Source: a virus
Strand: one strand, 5' to 3'
Length of the DNA: 64,000 nucleotides
Virus record (IMG/VR): IMGVR_UViG_3300043632_000006
Span: 1 to 64,000 of that record
Positions 60,619 to 64,000 of the stretch are shown piece after piece. The first letter of the stretch is position 1, and every line of letters starts with the position of its first letter. The position numbers were made by a program, and so were the translations under genes. The notes under the pieces were generated by a model. That model did no database searches, was not told the DNA's origin, and saw nothing but the letters and a program-made list of their open reading frames with translations.

Positions 60619-60923
60619 GCGAAACGAGCGCCCAGCGATCAGCACTCCCCCCACTGTCTCCAGACTTGGCCCAGATGCTGGCGAAGATGGAGGCAAGCCA
60701 GCGACGACTCCGGGACGACAAGCGGGCAGACTTCGCAGCGCAGCACGACCCCGCCATCCCGGCCCTGGAGTTCCTGACGCCCGATTGTCCCGTGTGTGGG
60801 CTTTCCACCGAGTGCGATGGAGACAGTTTCTGGTGCGTCGAGTGCCGTATCTCGTGGGGCCTAAACGGCGAGGACGGCGAGCGGTGGGACAAAGATCCTG
60901 AGGCCGAAGGGAGTGCCGAGTGA
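60615..60923 (+). CDS. Zinc-ribbon-like hypothetical protein
   Basis: 102 aa; CPVCG..CVEC. Confidence 0.55.
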   Translation: MSETSAQRSALPPLSPDLAQMLAKMEASQRRLRDDKRADFAAQHDPAIPALEFLTPDCPVCGLSTECDGDSFWCVECRISWGLNGEDGERWDKDPEAEGSAE

Positions 60924-61330
60924 CCCTCCCCGAGATCCGCAAGACCGTGATGCGCCCGACCTTCCGGGCCCCCGTCTCCCGCCCCGGTGCCGACACCCGC
61001 ATGGAGTGCTGGCAGGCGATGACCACCGACGGCGTATGGGTCATGGACCGCATCGAGGACGACCACTACTGCAAATGGGCGTTGAGCGTCCAAGGCTGGA
61101 ACGTCGAGCTCACGCGCTGCCACAGCCTGCGCTCCTGCCGGGAACTCATCGCCCTCGGAGGGTCAGCGGTGTGGACCGCAGAGGACCGCTACGTCCCCTG
61201 GGAGTCGCTCCAAGCGGACTTCACCCCCACGGCGTGGGCGATCCGCTGGAAGGGCAACGACGTGCAGCGAGCCGAGTTCGATGACTCCGCCGAAGCGCAG
61301 GCGTGGGCAGCAGACAAGGCGGCTGCGTGA
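60920..61330 (+). CDS. Hypothetical protein (136 aa)
   Basis: GTGA overlap. Confidence 0.55.
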   Translation: MTLPEIRKTVMRPTFRAPVSRPGADTRMECWQAMTTDGVWVMDRIEDDHYCKWALSVQGWNVELTRCHSLRSCRELIALGGSAVWTAEDRYVPWESLQADFTPTAWAIRWKGNDVQRAEFDDSAEAQAWAADKAAA

Positions 61331-62100
61331 TGGTGACTATTCCCAGCCCTGTTCTCAGCGTGCTACGTGCAGGAACCGCCGAGGGATCGGTCTTCCGCCT
61401 CCCCGGCGAGCAGCTTGATCGGGCGCTGTACCTGTCCGTCAACGAGGTGCTGGCGCGCTTGGGCGGCAAGTGGAATCGCAAGGTCAAGGGCCACGTCTTC
61501 GATGACGTGGAGCCAGCCCCGCTGATCGACCTCGTGCTGACCACGGCCGAGATGCCACCGAAGAACCCCACGGCGTTCTTTGCTACTCCCGTAGATGTGG
61601 CAGAGCGGCTTCTCACCGATCCTGCGCTCCCGAGCCTCCCAGCAGGGGCCAAGCGGATCCTGGAGCCGTCGGCTGGCCGTGGAGCCCTACTGGACGCACT
61701 GAGCGGGACAGGGGCAAGGGTGGAGTGCTGCGAAATCCTCCCCCGGTTCCGGGACCTTCTCACGGAGCGTGAAGCGAACCTCATCCCCGAGCCCAACTTC
61801 CTCGCCTACCGTCCAGGGCCCGTTTATGACGGCGTGGTGATGAACCCTCCGTTTGCCGTCGAGGGAGACGCTCTGGCCTACGTGACACACATTGAGCACG
61901 CCTTGGACTGCCTAGCGCCGGGTGGAGTGCTTCTGTCTGTGGCCCCCGGTGGATTCGCCTCTCGGCAGGACCGACGAGTGCGGGAACTACGGGAGCGCGT
62001 CGAGGCATCGGGCGCTTGGGTGAAGGTTGAGGGCGAAGCATTCAAAGCTTCGGATACCGGAGTGCGAACCGTACTTCTCGGAATCAAGGTGGCAGCGTGA
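61330..62100 (+). CDS. N6-adenine DNA methyltransferase (gamma-type motif order)
   Basis: 256 aa from ATG 61330; motif I RILEPSAGRGALL, motif IV VVMNPPFAV. Confidence 0.7.
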   Translation: MVTIPSPVLSVLRAGTAEGSVFRLPGEQLDRALYLSVNEVLARLGGKWNRKVKGHVFDDVEPAPLIDLVLTTAEMPPKNPTAFFATPVDVAERLLTDPALPSLPAGAKRILEPSAGRGALLDALSGTGARVECCEILPRFRDLLTEREANLIPEPNFLAYRPGPVYDGVVMNPPFAVEGDALAYVTHIEHALDCLAPGGVLLSVAPGGFASRQDRRVRELRERVEASGAWVKVEGEAFKASDTGVRTVLLGIKVAA

Positions 62101-62411
62101 TGCCCCACAGCCCCGGCCCCTTCACCGTGGAGGAACTTCCCGACACCGCCGAGCGTGCCCTCGGCCTGACCCACATGATCTGCGGTCCCTGCCAGATTCC
62201 CGAGGAACAGGGCGAGCCCGTAGCGGTGGCTTTCACGTTCTCCGCCGACGACGCGATCCTCTTCGCCTCCGTCCTGGACCTGCTGGCGGCCTGTGAGATG
62301 GCTGACCGCCACATAGATCCAGATCCCGAGTCCTTGGCGCCGTGGCCGGACTGGGAGGAAACGGTTACTGCGCTCCGAGCGGCCGTCGCCAAGGCAAGGA
62401 CGGTGGCGTAG
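62097..62411 (+). CDS. Hypothetical protein (104 aa)
   Basis: GTGATG overlap. Confidence 0.55.
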   Translation: MMPHSPGPFTVEELPDTAERALGLTHMICGPCQIPEEQGEPVAVAFTFSADDAILFASVLDLLAACEMADRHIDPDPESLAPWPDWEETVTALRAAVAKARTVA

Positions 62412-62603
62412 ATGGGTCGGCCAAGGGTTTATCTGGAGCCCCGACTCGGGACGAAGTTGCGAATCCCAGCGAGCCTCCACGAGCGCATGGTTGCGCTGGC
62501 AACTGAGCGTGAAGTCTCGGTTAACTACCTATACGAGAAGGCAGCCCGCAGGTACTTGGAACACCCCCCACCCTTGGAGCTAGTAGAGGAAGGGGGATCG
62601 TAG
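62412..62603 (+). CDS. Ribbon-helix-helix (Arc/CopG-like) protein
   Basis: 63 aa; ..TKLRIPASLHERMVALATEREVSVNYLYEKAARRYL. Confidence 0.45.
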   Translation: MGRPRVYLEPRLGTKLRIPASLHERMVALATEREVSVNYLYEKAARRYLEHPPPLELVEEGGS

Positions 62604-62900
62604 ATGGATCCCATCCTGCGCCTCGCCCCGCTCTGGCTGTTCATCACCATCTGCATCCCCTTGGCCATCCTCGTCTGGGAGGCAGCCAGCATCGGCTCGT
62701 CGCACCTCCAAGCAGACCGAGAGCAACGGGACGCCACGAACCGTGCCGCCAAGCGCGACGCCATGCGTCGAGCGGTGTGCCATGAGGCACGAGAGGCCAA
62801 CCGCGAGGCAGCGCTTATCGAGCTCCTTGCCGCTGAGCCCGAGCCGATCTTCTGGGACTATCCCGTGAGGCAACTTGAGCGAGAGGGCCTCCTGCCATGA
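62604..62900 (+). CDS. Membrane protein (98 aa)
   Basis: LAPLWLFITICIPLAILVW. Confidence 0.55.
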   Translation: MDPILRLAPLWLFITICIPLAILVWEAASIGSSHLQADREQRDATNRAAKRDAMRRAVCHEAREANREAALIELLAAEPEPIFWDYPVRQLEREGLLP

Positions 62901-63145
62901 GCAGGGTCATGGAGCAGCCGTCAGGTGCCCTCAGATGGCAGGCGCTGGCCCGCTGCCTTGAGGTCGATCCCGAGATTTTCTTCCCAGAGCGGGGAGGTTC
63001 TTCCCGGGCTGCCCGTGCCGTCTGCAATCAGTGTCCCGTCCGCACACTGTGCCTGCGGTACGCGCTGACCAACCGGGAGCAGTTCGGCATCTGGGGCGGC
63101 ACAAGCGAGCGTGAGCGCCGCAAACTCAAGAAGCTGGCCTCGTGA
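62897..63145 (+). CDS. whiB: WhiB-family transcriptional regulator
   Basis: 82 aa; C..(ARAVCNQCPVRTLC)..GIWGGTSERERRKL: four Cys plus the GIWGG turn and a basic tail. Confidence 0.85.
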   Translation: MSRVMEQPSGALRWQALARCLEVDPEIFFPERGGSSRAARAVCNQCPVRTLCLRYALTNREQFGIWGGTSERERRKLKKLAS

Positions 63146-63291
63146 GTGCCTCCACTCCCCCGCCGCCGCTGATAGCCGCCTTCACCGGGGTTGTCCGCTT
63201 CCTTGTTGACCGTATCGCCTCGGCCAACTCGGTACCCGTGGAGGATCTCTACAGCGCCATCCTGGCCGAGCTCGGAAGGCGAGCAGAATGA
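63142..63291 (+). CDS. Possible 49-aa protein
   Basis: GTGA and ATGA overlaps at the ends. Confidence 0.35.
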   Translation: MSASTPPPPLIAAFTGVVRFLVDRIASANSVPVEDLYSAILAELGRRAE

Positions 63292-63851
63292 AAAAGATCC
63301 CAACTCTCTACCGGAGGAATCCGGAGAACCCTCGGGAGTTGCTAGCCGAGGTTCACCCCGATTGCGAGTGGGTGCTCGCCGGGGAAGGTATCCCAACCCG
63401 CAAGTTCGACGGTACCTGTGTCATGTTCGATGGGACCTCATGGTGGGCGCGTCGAGAAGTGCGAGCCGACGCCAAAGCGCCTGCCGGATGGGTGCAGGAG
63501 GATCACGATCCGGCGACGGGTAAGAGCGTGGGCTGGGAACCGATAGAGCAATCCTCGTTCGCCAAGGCGTTTCGTACCACGGACCATGAGGGTCTGCTGC
63601 TCGGGACTTACGAACTCTGCGGCCCAAAGGTCAACGGTAACCCCGAGCACTTCCCGGTTCATACGCTGATCGAGCTCTCCCGCCTCATGCCCGCCGGCGG
63701 GCCCGTCCCCGACGACCTGAGTTTGGAAGGACTTCGGACGTGGTTTCAAGGCCCCCAGTGGCCGGGATACGAAGGCATCGTCTGGCATCACCCCGATGGC
63801 CGCATGGCGAAGATCAAGGCTCGGGACTTTCCCCGCCCAAGGGCCCTATGA
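63288..63851 (+). CDS. Minimal ATP-dependent nucleic-acid ligase (RNA/DNA ligase-like nucleotidyltransferase)
   Basis: 187 aa; motif I TRKFDGT (KxDG), ..YELCGPKVNGNP.., motif IV/V-like GYEGIVWHHPDGRMAKIKARDF. Confidence 0.55.
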   Translation: MKKIPTLYRRNPENPRELLAEVHPDCEWVLAGEGIPTRKFDGTCVMFDGTSWWARREVRADAKAPAGWVQEDHDPATGKSVGWEPIEQSSFAKAFRTTDHEGLLLGTYELCGPKVNGNPEHFPVHTLIELSRLMPAGGPVPDDLSLEGLRTWFQGPQWPGYEGIVWHHPDGRMAKIKARDFPRPRAL

Positions 63852-64000
63852 GCGCCCCTGTGCTCCCCGCTCCCGCCGTGTTCGCCCAGTGGTGGACCAG
63901 CGCCCCCAGCGCCGTCACGGGCTTCTCCGACGACTTCCTGAAAGCCCGCGGCCTGAAACGGCTGGAGGACATCCCCCCCGCCGACTGGCAGGCCTACGCC
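63848..64000 (+). CDS. Hypothetical protein, 3' end outside window
   Basis: ATGA overlap at 63848; open to the window end. Confidence 0.45.
   Translation, partial: MSAPVLPAPAVFAQWWTSAPSAVTGFSDDFLKARGLKRLEDIPPADWQAYA

Noticed and set aside
1-64000. Search for known defence systems, a DGR reverse transcriptase, retron, toxin-antitoxin pairs, a catalytic integrase or attL/attR
   Set aside because: I recognised none by eye: no RT motifs (YxDD), no Cas-like proteins and no R..HxxR..Y recombinase domain. The absence cannot be proven without profile searches.

Overview
This is a high-GC, almost gap-free coding window. It reads as one large actinobacterial-type siphophage or prophage genome segment. 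I saw no rRNA, tRNA or CRISPR array, and no catalytic integrase or att site, so the element borders are not in view. All functional calls come from motif recognition by eye, not from database searches.

Layout, left to right:
(i) The 3' end of an IS200/IS605-type tnpB with its right end (1-307).
(ii) Early/accessory genes: two paralogous MerR-like HTH genes flanking an HExxH phage metallopeptidase, a DHH/DHHA1 phosphoesterase, an HNH-like gene, and a reverse 2-gene HTH operon with a near-consensus promoter.
(iii) A run of about 10 small membrane-protein genes (4.4-7.5 kb).
(iv) A frameshifted ParB-nuclease/DNA-methyltransferase fusion, terminase small and large subunits, and a portal-MuF fusion.
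(v) Unusual head-module passengers: a HIT hydrolase, Cys-rich proteins, a YkgJ-type Cys-cluster protein, and a LigT-like 2H phosphoesterase domain fused to the capsid maturation protease.
(vi) A reverse-oriented 7-gene island with its own consensus promoter (18.3-20.5 kb).
(vii) A scaffold-like/major capsid fusion followed by a terminator.
(viii) A ~12 kb glycosyltransferase/methyltransferase island (at least 5 GT-like and 4 MT-like genes) that also embeds a second HK97-like capsid gene and a tube-like gene.
(ix) Head-tail connector genes, tail chaperones with a CCCTTTG -1 frameshift site, a 1316-aa tape measure, tail-tip/fibre genes sharing a 19-20-aa LAATGLAATxGS tandem repeat, and an amidase endolysin.
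(x) A reverse 4-gene cassette.
(xi) An early region with ASCH, DUF4326, HIRAN, a truncated integrase-like gene, an XRE repressor/Cro-like switch, an iteron-containing initiator gene, HNH, an N6-adenine methyltransferase, RHH, WhiB and a minimal KxDG ligase.

Most interesting observations:
- The 2H phosphoesterase sits in an encapsidation position and occurs together with HIT and DHH enzymes. These are a candidate toolkit for degrading immune-signal nucleotides or processing RNA ends.
- The virion glycosylation island.
- The reverse-oriented island.
- A 13-bp palindromic operator (GACGC-TTA-GCGTC) that recurs at conserved promoters.
- IS-right-end-like sequence that forms promoter -35 boxes.
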